A DNA stretch of 64,000 nucleotides, taken from assembly GCF_001194135.2 (NCBI RefSeq), contig NC_068990.1, forward strand, positions 13,942,729-14,006,728, given 5' to 3'. Below, piece by piece: positions 53,151-64,000 of this stretch (position 1 is the first letter of the stretch; each line of letters opens with the position of its first letter). The notes under the pieces are model-generated. The model searched no databases and was not told the origin of the DNA. It saw only the letters and a list, made by a program, of their open reading frames with translations. The position numbers were made by a program, and so were the translations under genes. The stretch comes from Octopus bimaculoides. Its lineage: Eukaryota.

Positions 53151-53745
53151 CTGTGGAAAGAAAGGAGTTATTACATAGTAAAAACAGATGACTTATTATG
53201 CATTTAGTGTATGAGAGAGAGGGAAAAATGATGTTATGATAGGCATACTTTCCAGGGATGTTTTGCTAAACTTTGTAAGAGAACTATAATAGATACAAGT
53301 GAAAACTAAATGTAATATTATTTTCAAATTTTGGCACAAGGCCAGCAATTTTGCGGGAGAGGGTAAGTTGATAACAGCTACCCTGACAGAATGAAAGGCA
53401 GACAGACCTCAGCAGAATCTGAACTCAACAACATTTTGTCCATTTGCATGACTGGCCTAAACAGTATACCTTGCAGACTGACACCACTGTCTAATTCCAC
53501 TAACAAATCTTGAGTTGATTTAAAGCTATGGTAGAAGTTGCTTAAACTGCCATGCAGTGGGACTAACCCCCACACCAAAATGCAACAGTGAAGCAAACTT
53601 CTTAATCACAAGGCTAAGACAGTGCTCAACTTCATAACAAAAGATTTATTGTAGTGAAATAAAAACTTAGTTCTCTTTTCTGTACAGTGTTACCATCTAA
53701 CAAAAAACAATTTGCTTAGGTCTTTAATAAAAATTCAGCCACTAT

Positions 53746-54337
53746 ACTCTTACTCTTTTACTTGTTTCAGTCATTTGACTGCGGCCATGCTGAAGCAACG
53801 CCTTTAGTCGAGCAAATCAACCCTAGGACTTATTCTTTGTAAGCCTAGTACTTATTCTATTGGTCTCTTTTGCCGAAATGCTAAGTTACGGGGACGTAAA
53901 CACACCAGCATCGGTTGTAAAGCGATGTTGGGGGAGGGGACAAACAGACACACAAACATATACACACACATACTTACACCCACAGACAAATAGACAAATA
54001 AACANNNNNNNNNNNNNNNNNNNNNNNNNNNNNNNNNNNNNNNNNNNNNNNNNNNNNNNNNNNNNNNNNNNNNNNNNNNNNNNNNNNNNNNNNNNNNNNN
54101 NNNNNNNNNNNNNNNNNNNNNNNNNNNNNNNNNNNNNNNNNNNNNNNNNNNNNNNATATATATATATATATATATATATACGACGGGCTTCTTTCAGTTT
54201 CCATCTACCAAGTCCACTCACAAGGCTTTGGTCGGCCCGAGGCTAAAGTAGAAGACACTTGCCCAAGGTGCCACACAGTGGGTCTGAACCCGGAACCATG
54301 TGGTTGGTAAGCAAGCTACTTATCACACAGCCATTCA
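53746..54337 (-). mobile_element. SINE family B, with the gap at its internal microsatellite
   Basis: Reverse complement of the full element, in a CENP-I intron. Confidence 0.85.
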
Positions 54338-54430
54338 TGAAGAAAAGTGGAAAACAAAACAAACTATGTTTTTAGATTTCAAGCAATATCTTTAGTAAAT
54401 ATGTTTAATAAACAAAGACAGTAAGCTTAC

Positions 54431-54584
54431 TTGTTCTTGGAACCATAGGCTGAAATGTACCATTACCAAGTGGTCATCCTCACAGAGTAATCCTAGGAGG
54501 CAAAGTTCATCAACAAAGTCAATAAGTTTCTTGAACTCAATATGAGCTTGAAAATCATCAAAATCACCTTGGAAGAAACTGGAC
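54431..54584 (-). CDS. CENPI: CENP-I exon: (E)SSFFQGDFDDFQAHIEFKKLIDFVDELCLLGLLCEDDHLVMVHFSLWFQEQ
   Basis: Acceptor tttttcag and donor gtaagc. 154 nt, phase 2 to 0, in frame with both neighbours. Resembles the CENP-I LI.YV..L...A...E....LLHF.L.FYE segment. Confidence 0.85.
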
Positions 54585-54883
54585 CTGAAAAATTAGAAAT
54601 ACTATATATATGTGGCTGCGTGTGTGTATACATACTTACAGGCACAGAGACAAATACACACACATACTTACACCCACAGACAAATAGACAAATACACACA
54701 AACGTACACACATACTTACAGACAAATACACACACACATACATATATGAGTGAAAGAACAAAGAAGCATTTAACACATTTGGTGGGAATAGATATATTAG
54801 CATTTGATTCAGTTCCATATATCTTGAAAGTTTTGTAGACTTGTCACACGAGCGTATCTGCACTCCTACACTTTCCCTACAGA

Positions 54884-55278
54884 CTCTTTTACTTGTTTCA
54901 GTCATTTGACTGTGGCCATGCTGGAGCACCGCCTTTAGTCGAGCAAATTGACCCCAGGACTTATTCTTTGGAAGCCTAGTACTTATTCTATTATTCTCTT
55001 TTGCCGAACCGCTAAGTTACGGGGACGTAAACACACCACCATCAGTTGTCAAGCGATGTTGGGGGGGGGGGGGAACAAAGAGACGCACAAACACATACAT
55101 ATATATATACATATATACGACGGGCTTCTTTCAGTTTCCATCTACCAAATCCACTCAAAAGGCTTTGGTCGGCCCGAAGCTATAGAAGACACTTGCCCAA
55201 GGTGCCACGCAGTGAGACTGAACCCGGAACAATGTGGTTCGTAAGAAAGCTACTTACCACACAGCCACTCCTACGCCT
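54884..55278 (-). mobile_element. SINE family B, near full length
   Basis: Reverse complement of the full element, with many CpGs retained (young copy). Confidence 0.9.
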
Positions 55279-55525
55279 ATAAATCTACAGAGTCTATTTA
55301 TTTATTCCTTTGTTCTGACCTTCTATCTGTCCCTCTCTTGTCCTACAAGACATTTTCATTTTCCTTTACATTGTTCCATATTTGTCTGTCTTGAAGCTGT
55401 ATGGCTTTTTGAGATATATGTAAAATTATTATAATTGTTTTATTTTGTCAAGTTTGTTTTCGTCATTGTCCTGTACATTCGTTAGCTATTTCCAGTGACT
55501 TAAAAATACAACAATTGTATGTCAA

Positions 55526-55744
55526 CCCTTTCGTTACTGTATTTATTTTGAGATACTCTGTTCCTTTCAATCATTTTTAAATATAACAAAGAATTGAGTA
55601 AAATAACTAAGTTATCATTCAGCTAGTGTTAGGAACATAGATTGTGACGAAGATTTGGTAAAAGATTCTAATTCAAAACTTATGAAAACAAGACATTTGT
55701 ACTTAGAGCCAGAGCCGGTTTTGGCCGGGTTGGTAACGACAGGG
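55526..55744. mobile_element. piggyBac-type MITE (TTAA target)
   Basis: TIRs CCCTTTCGTTAC / GTAACGACAGGG, flanked by TCAA and TTAA. 219 bp, non-coding. Confidence 0.8.
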
Positions 55745-56626
55745 TTAATGCAATTAAATCAATTGATGGATTTATAAAGTGAGATCTAAAATAAAGATGA
55801 TACATCTTATTTGTTGTTGTTAAATATTCTGAATTTTTTTAAAATCTATAAAAGGATAATTGGATTTACCTGTCGTGCATGTGGATTTACCTGGGATATG
55901 TATTCTGCTTAACCATTTTCTTTTATATTGAGTGCTTAATTGATATCTGCCAGGAATTTTTAAATCCCATTTTTCTTCTAATTATATATATTTATATGTA
56001 TAAATATCATCGTCGTTTAACGTCCGCTTTCCATGCTTACATACATACAGACAGATATATAAAAGCAAAGCATATAGGTGCAGAAATAAGGTGGAAAATA
56101 TAGCAATGAGACAATAAAAGGTAGAGTAAAATATAGCATGGTTTAGTGGTTAGAGTGTTGCACTCAGGATAGCTAGATCACAGGTTCAAATCCCAAACTG
56201 AGTGATGCATTGGGTTCTTGAGCAAAACACTTCATTTCATGTTACTTCAGTTCACTCAGCTGTAAATAGGTAACCTTGCAACAGGTTAGGCCTTCCGGTC
56301 AGGGGGAATGATGTCAGCAGGGTGGTATCATTCAAACGCTAAAACAATGCAAAGTGCACTGTGACCAGCAATGTATAACAACATCCAGTAGACTGGTTGA
56401 TCGCTTAATCTCACAATTATAGCTGAAAGACTTCAACTAAAGTGAATCCAAAATAGACTCAGTGGGATGTGATTTCAATGTAGAACATTGGGAGGGGGAA
56501 GAACAGTAAAGCAGTTAAAGATGATTTGTTCATGAAAAGCCTAATTATGAACTGGTTCAGTTACTCTAAACAATCAGATGGGTTTCCTCAAGAAACTGTT
56601 GAGCCCCAGTTCAAGCAGACATATAG

Positions 56627-56862
56627 GATCAAATACATTCTGGCAATTGTGATCCAGTCTTTATATGATCAAATACATTCTGGCAATTGTGATCCAGTCT
56701 TTATATGATCAAATACATTCTGGCAATTGTGATCCAGTCTTTATATGATCAAATACATTCTGGCAATTGTGATCCAGTCTTTATATGATCAAATACATTC
56801 TGGCAATTGTGATCCAGTCTTTATATGATCAAATACATTCTGGCAATTGTGATCCAGTCTTT
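56627..56862 (+). repeat. Perfect 40-bp minisatellite, about 5.9 copies
   Basis: Unit GATCAAATACATTCTGGCAATTGTGATCCAGTCTTTATAT at 56627, 56667, 56707, 56747, 56787 and 56827 (last copy truncated into poly-T). Confidence 0.95.
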
Positions 56863-57066
56863 TTTTTTTTCTGTGACACAGTTTACCTAGGATTACATCA
56901 CTGATCATGTCCTTCCTTCCGTTTCTTTTCTAAGACAGTAGGGTCTTTCCCCTTAACCATCCACTAACTCATCCACACACAAATGCATAAAAATGTTTAA
57001 CAATAAAGCATTCAACACCGATAATCAAAGAACAAAAAAAAGAAAGAAAGAAAGAAGACTAGATAC

Positions 57067-57182
57067 TCATGTTCAACTGCAATAGCACTCTTGGTGGTTT
57101 TTGATTTCCTTAACAAATGAAGATGGTGCCATTTATTTATATAATTGGTGACTAGTTCTGTCAGCGTCATTAGAATCCGGCA
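57067..57182 (-). CDS. CENPI: CENP-I exon: CRILMTLTELVTNYINKWHHLHLLRKSKTTKSAIAVEH
   Basis: Acceptor ttttattcag and donor gtatct. 116 nt, phase 0 to 2. Continues the YLK|C..L..L.EL..N motif of CENP-I. Confidence 0.85.
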
Positions 57183-58250
57183 CTGAATAAAATAAAACAA
57201 TGATTAGTCAAAGACATTTACAAGAACTACAGAGAGATTAGTATTGTTCTGTGTCAGTATCAATTTAGTAAAATAAAGAAATGAGTCATGTTTATGTGCC
57301 AATGCCTTGTGCATTCATTGTATCTATCGAAAGTATTATTTATATCTGCACTTTTCTGATGAAGGGCATTGTTAGAAAGTGCACAGAAGGCCTCAAAGTG
57401 GGTTTGGATGAAGAGGGGAGATTACTGCTATCGGGATGCTAAGTTGGGACTTGATCAATCCTGACTGGGTCAACTGGGTGAGTGGGGTTTGATGTTAAAA
57501 GACCCAAGCCCCAGTGGAGACCCCAGAAACATCACTGATGATGCATCCCTGAGCATTTGCAAGATGTATCATAGAAACCAATAACAATCTCCCCACCCCA
57601 CATCCCTCTGCCTCCTTGACACTCCTCCTCACTTTCCTCTCGTTTACCTTCCTGCATGAAATCCCTACATTGCTCTTCCCTTCAATGATTCACCCAGGTT
57701 TCCTCTCCCCATTAATCGATTGCTTCCTCCCAGACCTTTTTCTCTCACATCTTCTGCCCACACTGGCCCCTTGTGATATTAGATAGCCCACTGCTTTTTC
57801 TCAACCTCGTTGCTACTTCCTCTGTGAAGTGGTTGAAGTTCGGAACAGCAACCAACAATAGCAACCAGACCAAAGAGGCCCTTGGTCTACAACAGCTCTG
57901 CAACTCATTAGACCCTGTGAAACAATCCTACCTATTCCAGCATAGAAACTAGATGTAAAATGGTTGATATTAGGATGAGCAACCAGCCATGGTAACCAGG
58001 CCAAAGACATTGGTGCAGGATTCAGTCTACCGACTCATCAAACCCTGTCACACTGACCAACCTATGCCAGCACAGAAGCTACATGTTGAGGAAGAGGAGA
58101 AGGAAGATGAGGACAAGCATTTCAGAAGATTTTCTTGAAATAAAAAAATAAAAAATGATCATCACATTTGCAAAAAATAAATATCAATAAAAACAGAATG
58201 AAGAAGAGAAGAGAAATATTAAAAGAGTAATGCAATATTCTAAACTTTAC

Positions 58251-58315
58251 CTTTAAATAAGTACCACGTCGGAAAAATATTTTCTTCAGGGGATCTAACA
58301 GAATCCGATGGAGTT
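58251..58315 (-). CDS. CENPI: CENP-I exon: (E)LHRILLDPLKKIFFRRGTYLK
   Basis: Acceptor tttcctag and donor gtaaag. 65 nt, phase 1 to 0. Matches the CENP-I LLFD.LAQLFF.ST.YFK-like motif. Confidence 0.85.
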
Positions 58316-60065
58316 CTAGGAAAATTGGAAAAGACAAAAAAAAAATGATAGATATCAGAAAGAAAGTAGAGATTTACAATAACTTATCACTGAAAATATA
58401 AAATTTTTAGATAATTTCTTCCTTGAATTAAAAAGTTTGCAGGTGTAGCTTTAGTAAAAATCTACTTCGAGCACAGGCTATGCCTGCTCTAATAATCAAT
58501 GGTGACTTCATCAATTAATATTCTACAACGGTTGATAATATACAAGAAAATGAGCTACAATGAATCACCCCATCCCAAAGTGCATATGCATGGGATCAGG
58601 GACCACAAGTGGCCTTGTTTTCCCACTGAAACTCCAAACATGAACTCTACCCCACAACAGCAAATGACAACCACAGCTACAGTGTTCAAGCTTCACTACA
58701 GCTGACTGTCTGACATAGTGAACTTGCTGGTTGGAGCTGGTTCATCCCAGCCCACAGGAATGCCACAACAAGCACAAGTATTGGATGAGATGCCTTGCAA
58801 TAACTGTTTCAGCTCTTTGCGTTCAGAGTTCAAATCCCACCATGACCTACCCAATCAACTGAGATGCAAACATTGAGACCAAATCTCCAGTTTGATAGGT
58901 TACCACTTATGTCCCCCAACACCACCAGTGTCAAAGACCCTATAAAGGGTCGTGGGCACCACTCTTCCTGCCTGATTAAAAGATTAAAAAATTTTTAATG
59001 ATTACCAAGAACTAAGTAAAAACTACTTTCATTAGTTTCAGCTGAGAAAATAGACAAGTTGTCATTGCGTTTTAAAACACACAGAATATAAGGATCGTTT
59101 CGGTTGATGCCAAAGATTTGGAAATTTTAAGATCAAGTAAAAATTTTCAAACTTGGAATGCTGATGTAAATTTTCACACTGAATCTGAATTTGGGATTCA
59201 TTTATTCACAGAAAAATTTCGAAAAATGTTACAGAGTTTCAAAGTTTGCTAACTTTTAATCCAAGCAGATAACAGGAATTGGAAGAAGAAAATCTTTTGT
59301 AGGATAACTGTCACAAAATGACATATGATAGATACAACACAGGCAGAAAATGATATCACTCATCAAAACTTGTGGTGGTTGCAGTGGTGAAAGTGTCACA
59401 GTTGCACAAGTTCCATGTCTTTCTTACAATGGAAACAAAGGCTGACTATAGCTTTTCTGTGGAAACAAACATCAAAGTGAGATGCATGGTCGGGAATAAA
59501 ACTGAAGAAATATGAAATCTCCTCAAAATATAATATATTAAATCAGTGTATCTTGGATAAAAATATACCTATATAAGGTTTAAATATCCTCATTGTGATT
59601 ATATATGTGTGTGTGTGTGTGTGTGTGACATACATATACATGACAGGCTCTTTTCAGTTTCTGTCAGCCAAATCTACTCATAATGCTTTGGTTGACCCAG
59701 GGCTATAGTAGAAAACACCCAAGTTGTGCCAAGCAGTAAGACTGGACACAGAGCCATTATTTGATAAGAGAATATAAAAGTTCATAAATTACAAGAGTAA
59801 TCAGAGCAATTAATAATTATTCCACGTACATATACATACATACCTATATCCAGGCCTATTCCCCATTTTTTTAAGGAGGGAGCAGCCACAACAAGACACA
59901 CACCAGGCATTCCATTCATTTCTCAGTCTTATGCTCGGGTCAAGGCATCATCATCATACAATGCAATCCTCAATAGCAGCAGCAGCAGGGCCAGACAGCA
60001 TATGTTGGTTTATCCCCACCACATCATGCTGTTTCCACACCCCTTTGAGCAACATCAAATTTACT

Positions 60066-60239
60066 TTAGGCGTAGGAGTGGTGGTGTGGTAAGTAGCTTG
60101 CTTACCAACCACATGGTACCGGGTTCAGTCCCACTGCGTGGCATCTTGGGCAAATGTCTTCTACTATCGCCTCGGGCCAACCAAAGCCTTGTGAGTGGAT
60201 TTGGTAGACAGAAACTGAAAGAAGCCCGTCGTATCTATG

Positions 60240-60294
<55 letters not shown>

Positions 60295-60496
60295 TTGTGT
60301 ATCTGTGTTTGTCCCCCCAACATCGTTTGACAACCGATGCTGGTGTGTTTACGTCTCTGTAACTTAGCGGTTCGGCAAAAGAGACCGATAGAATAAGTAC
60401 TAAGCTTCTAAAGAATAAGTCCTGGGGTCGATTTGCTCGACTAAAGGTGGTGCTCCAGCATGGCCACAGTCAAAAGACTGAAACAAGTAAAAGAGA
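60066..60496 (+). mobile_element. SINE family B, near full length
   Basis: Full architecture, directly abutting the RTE fragment. Confidence 0.9.
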
Positions 60497-60499
60497 TCC

Positions 60500-60790
60500 G
60501 TCCATAAACACTCTCCAAGCTTTCATATCACTTATAAACTCTTTCCCCTCTCATTCCAACACCTCTAACCAACAAAGATTTCCTCACTCCATCCATCCAT
60601 CCACACAAACCGAGGTCTACCTCTGGTTCTGTTGCCTACCACCTCTGCCTTCATCACCCTTCTTACCTTCCACGCTTCATCCATCCTCTCCACGTGGCCA
60701 AACCACCTCAACATTCATCTATCCATTCTGGGTATTAAATTTTCTCTCATTCCTCATCCTGTCCATCCATGTCACACCAACAAAGAAGAC
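60500..60790 (-). mobile_element. RTE-clade LINE 3' coding fragment
   Basis: Minus strand reads MLRWFGHVERMDEAWKVRRVMKAEVVGNRTRGRPRFVWMDG, the RTE C-terminal LRW.GHV.RM...RGRPR..W motif. Confidence 0.85.
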
Positions 60791-61240
60791 AAGGGGGTGG
60801 GAGGTTAGCACCTAATCTCACCCTAGTACTAGGGTCTTTCACGTGAGGTTAGAAAATATTTAATAAAAGCTATTAAAATTCATATTCTATTAATTCAACA
60901 TTTCACTATTTAATCACTTGGGTCTCAATGCATGTTATTTTATATTCATATTTAATTTATTCTTTTCATTACATTGCTAATATTGAATAGTATTTTTTTC
61001 CCCCTTTTGCTGTTGTTCATCGATCATTTGACTGGAATCTCTAAATAACTTTTTTCTCATTTTGTTGTTCTTTGTAAATATTATTGGATTTGTTACTTTT
61101 GATATATCTGGGTTGCATGAGATTACGAAGGGAAATAACTCGACAGTTTTTAAAAGAGTTAAGTATCTTCCCCAACAACATTGTTTATCAGTGTCCAAAC
61201 GATATAACCCATTTATAGTTCTCATCATTAGAAAATATTT

Positions 61241-62235
61241 TAATAATAATAATAAATGCCCTGCTGCAGTACAAGGCAATGGCTCTCATGGTTTCTGATC
61301 ATAACTGATTGGAAGTGTTATCATGTACATATTTTGTCTTGGTATAAAAGATGGTCTACAGCAAATATTCTACTCAATATCACAGATTTGCTTGTCAGTT
61401 GTTTGACCGTAACAAGTTCAGCACGTCCCTTGGTGGCTGATGATATGCACATCATTGATTACGAGCAGAAGTAGTGGGGGTGCATCATAGACATGTGTTG
61501 AGAGGAATTCTTTAGGGTGTAAATGATTCACCTCTGGAAACACGGGTGTTTCGTTCAACATCCTTATTCAGGGGACTCTTGAGTGGGATGGGCTACTTGA
61601 TGTGAAGAAAATTCTAACATGCTGTTTACTTTGATGTGAAATCACCATGTCATGCACACATGGTTGTGATGCATGTGCTTGGCGTACTCTTATCAGACGG
61701 GTAGTCATGATGGGTATAATGGGCTTCATATATTTTACCCCAGTGTGACTCTGATGGTATGCCCTGCTATTTCATTCAATAATAATAGTAATAATAATCA
61801 TGCCCTGATGCAGTACCAGTGGCTCATGGCTTCTGACCGTAACAGACTGGAAGTATCACCATGCGTATGTTTTGTCTTGCAGTAAATGATGGGCTACAGC
61901 AAATATTCTGCTCAATACTACGGATTTGCTTGTGAGCGGCTTGACCATAACTAGTTGAGCGAGTCCCTGAGTGAGTGACAATATGTGCATCTCTGATCAT
62001 GAGCAGGGGCAACGGTGCAGCATTGTAGCCATGTGCTGAGAGGGATTCTTTGAGGCTTGAATAATTCACTTTTGGAAACATGGGTGTTTCGCTCATCATT
62101 CTGAAACAACCCTTATTCTGGAACCTTTTTAGTGTTCTAACTGGACCCAAACTGCAAGGTCATGTGTTGTTTATCTTGATATGGGATCTCTATGCATCAC
62201 AACCATGTACCATATAGTTGTGATAAAATAATAAC
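61241..62235 (-). repeat. Two diverged tandem copies (about 545 and 450 bp) of an unclassified interspersed element with (TTA)n tails
   Basis: Both begin (AAT)n-ATGCCCTG.TGCAGTAC and share GCTACAGCAAATATTCT.CTCAATA and GGAAACA.GGGTGTTTCG. Confidence 0.75.
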
Positions 62236-62490
62236 ATTAACAATGGAAGATATAGGGAGATCACCAATAAAAAGTTCTCATCCAATTTCAATCAAAGTGA
62301 TTTACATATCACCATGAATTCAAAAAGCAGTTATCTTTTTATTCCGTTCCAGAGTTCAGAATTAGCTCTTTCATGTTGACAATCTTGTCATTCTCTATTT
62401 CTGTCCCTTTTTCAGGATAATTAAAATATAATAAATGTATTATTAATAAAACATAAATCATATTAACTACATTTTAAAAACCATACTTAC

Positions 62491-62608
62491 CTGAAAATGT
62501 GTGTATTCGGATGTGTGGAATCAATTTAAAAATGGACTGATTAAAATGAAATCCATCCCAGGTATCAAGGAACTGGCACAGAAAATATTCAATAGCTGGG
62601 GTGCCTTC
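62491..62608 (-). CDS. CENPI: CENP-I (Mis6 family) exon, first exon identified in the window: EGTPAIEYFLCQFLDTWDGFHFNQSIFKLIPHIRIHTFS
   Basis: Acceptor ttctaccccaatcag and donor gtaagt. 118 nt, phase 0 to 1. Resembles the recalled vertebrate CENP-I segment EGF..EAFL...L..WDG. Confidence 0.85.
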
Positions 62609-63154
62609 CTGATTGGGGTAGAAATAAAATATAAATGAATTAGTTCATTTATCCTTCATGCTAAAATAATTCTGTAAGAAAAACGAGGTAAAAAAAAAAA
62701 AAATGTTCTTATGTCTAAAACCACTTTCTCTCTAATTCTAATTTTAGTACAAGGCCAGGAATTTTGAAGGGAGGAGGTAAGACTAAAACAAGAATAAAAG
62801 ATAAAATTTGAGGCTGAGGATTTTTAGCACATTTGAAAATTTTATGTAAGTAAAAGTATTTCCTTGATTCACATAGGAACTGTCTGCTGGTGAAGGAAAT
62901 TAGACTGTAATATCCATTAACTGTTCCTGACTAAGGAAGGTTGAGGGAGTAATCTTCAAAATGAATTCAGTCTATAGTCAAGTTCATCCTACACAGGATA
63001 GCAGGTGTTTGATGCACAGTCACAGGGGCCAGTACAGATCATGACNNNNNNNNNNNNNNNNNNNNNNNNNNNNNNNNNNNNNNNNNNNNNNNNNNNNNNN
63101 NNNNNNNNNNNNNNNNNNNNNNNNNNNNNNNNNNNNNNNNNNNNNNNNNNNNNN

Positions 63155-63345
63155 TGACGTCCATTCAGCCGATATACATTAAGTGCCGACTACATAAACA
63201 AACGATTCTTCGTTTTATTTGCTTTTTTCATTTTAAATTTGCTTTAACCCTAACCCTAACCCTACGGTTAGGGTTAGGGTTAATTGTTTCAGAATCGTTT
63301 GTTTATGTAGTCGGCACTTAATGTATATCGGCTGAATGGACGTCA
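63155..63345. repeat. Nested fold-back: 55-bp perfect outer arms around an 18-bp telomeric-repeat hairpin
   Basis: 63155-63209 is the exact reverse complement of 63291-63345. The core is TTAACCCTAACCCTAACC-CTAC-GGTTAGGGTTAGGGTTAA (63244-63283). Confidence 0.9.
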
Positions 63346-64000
63346 GTGATTGGTTGAAATTACAGAAATACGACAACTTTAACATGGAATAATTTATGGA
63401 TTTCTTTTTTTTTTAAGAAGACTAAGAGAAAAAGATGTTTTATATGACACATTCTACCAGTGATCCAAGTTTCAAAGTGTTTCGTTAATGAAAAATGTGG
63501 CCCCCGTTTTAAAAAAGATCCACTAAGTGTACCCTTGTTACTACTATAGATATAAGGAGCTATGCAGATGAGATAAAGGACATTTTATTCACAGACAAAT
63601 TCAGATCTTGTGCTGGTGCTTTATTACGGTTTTAGAGTGCTTCAATTTACGTAATTGTTAAGAGCAGGTACCAGATCTTCTCAAGACTTGACCTCAGTGA
63701 AAACATATTTATCTCTTCATTGCTGTCATAAAACTGAAGCTAAATATTTCTCCTTTGGAGTCCTTCAGTGTCAAAAAATCATTGACAGTTCTCACATATG
63801 TTAGTGCTGCTTGGTTAAAGAATGTTGAAAACTGTGCCAAAACTGGTCGTGAACAAAATATCCATATGCAAAAGAGGCTATGATCTGCTTTGTGGTTCTA
63901 TAGACAACTGCTGCTCATGCTCTCTACTACCCTCTACGGAATATGTTAATGGACATTTGCAAAAGAAAAATTAATTATTAACAGATAACAGAGGGCAGAT

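Noticed and set aside
54421-54430. Self-complementary GTAAGCTTAC at a CENP-I donor
   Set aside because: A 10-bp palindrome is expected by chance, and no plus-strand exon precedes it.
56627-56862. CRISPR-like regular repeat
   Set aside because: Contiguous units with no spacers, in eukaryotic intronic context.
57338-57390. CTGATGAAGGGC...GAAAGTGCA enclosed by a TGCACTTT/AAAGTGCA stem
   Set aside because: Stem II and stem III/cleavage site are missing, so it is too degraded to call a hammerhead.
62850-64000. Search for the next upstream CENP-I exon
   Set aside because: No open phase-0-ending segment with a good donor was found. The exon is probably beyond the window or in the gap.

Overview
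This is repeat-rich, AT-rich metazoan genomic DNA with many N gaps. It is most likely cephalopod (Octopus-like), an inference from the tRNA-derived SINE families and very dense microsatellites. The only well-supported host gene is the 3' part of a centromere protein I (CENP-I/Mis6) homologue on the minus strand. I read 8 GT-AG exons by hand (62608 down to the stop at 47069). They splice in phase into 336 aa plus stop, and the 5' exons were not found in the window. The rest is at least five SINE-like families, MITEs and decayed autonomous elements: Chapaev-like, Helitron, L1/Tx1, CR1/Jockey-type RT, RTE, piggyBac, pogo/Tigger, DD37D mariner and Penelope-type ends. Most ORFs in the six-frame track are microsatellite or N artefacts. 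The features most worth checking are a nested fold-back centred on head-to-head telomeric repeats, minimal hammerhead-like motifs, a 199-bp palindrome, a perfect 40-bp minisatellite, a dimeric SINE, and a sharp switch to CpG depletion near 40 kb. No intact tRNA/rRNA gene or CRISPR array was found. Family assignments come from recalled motifs, not database searches.
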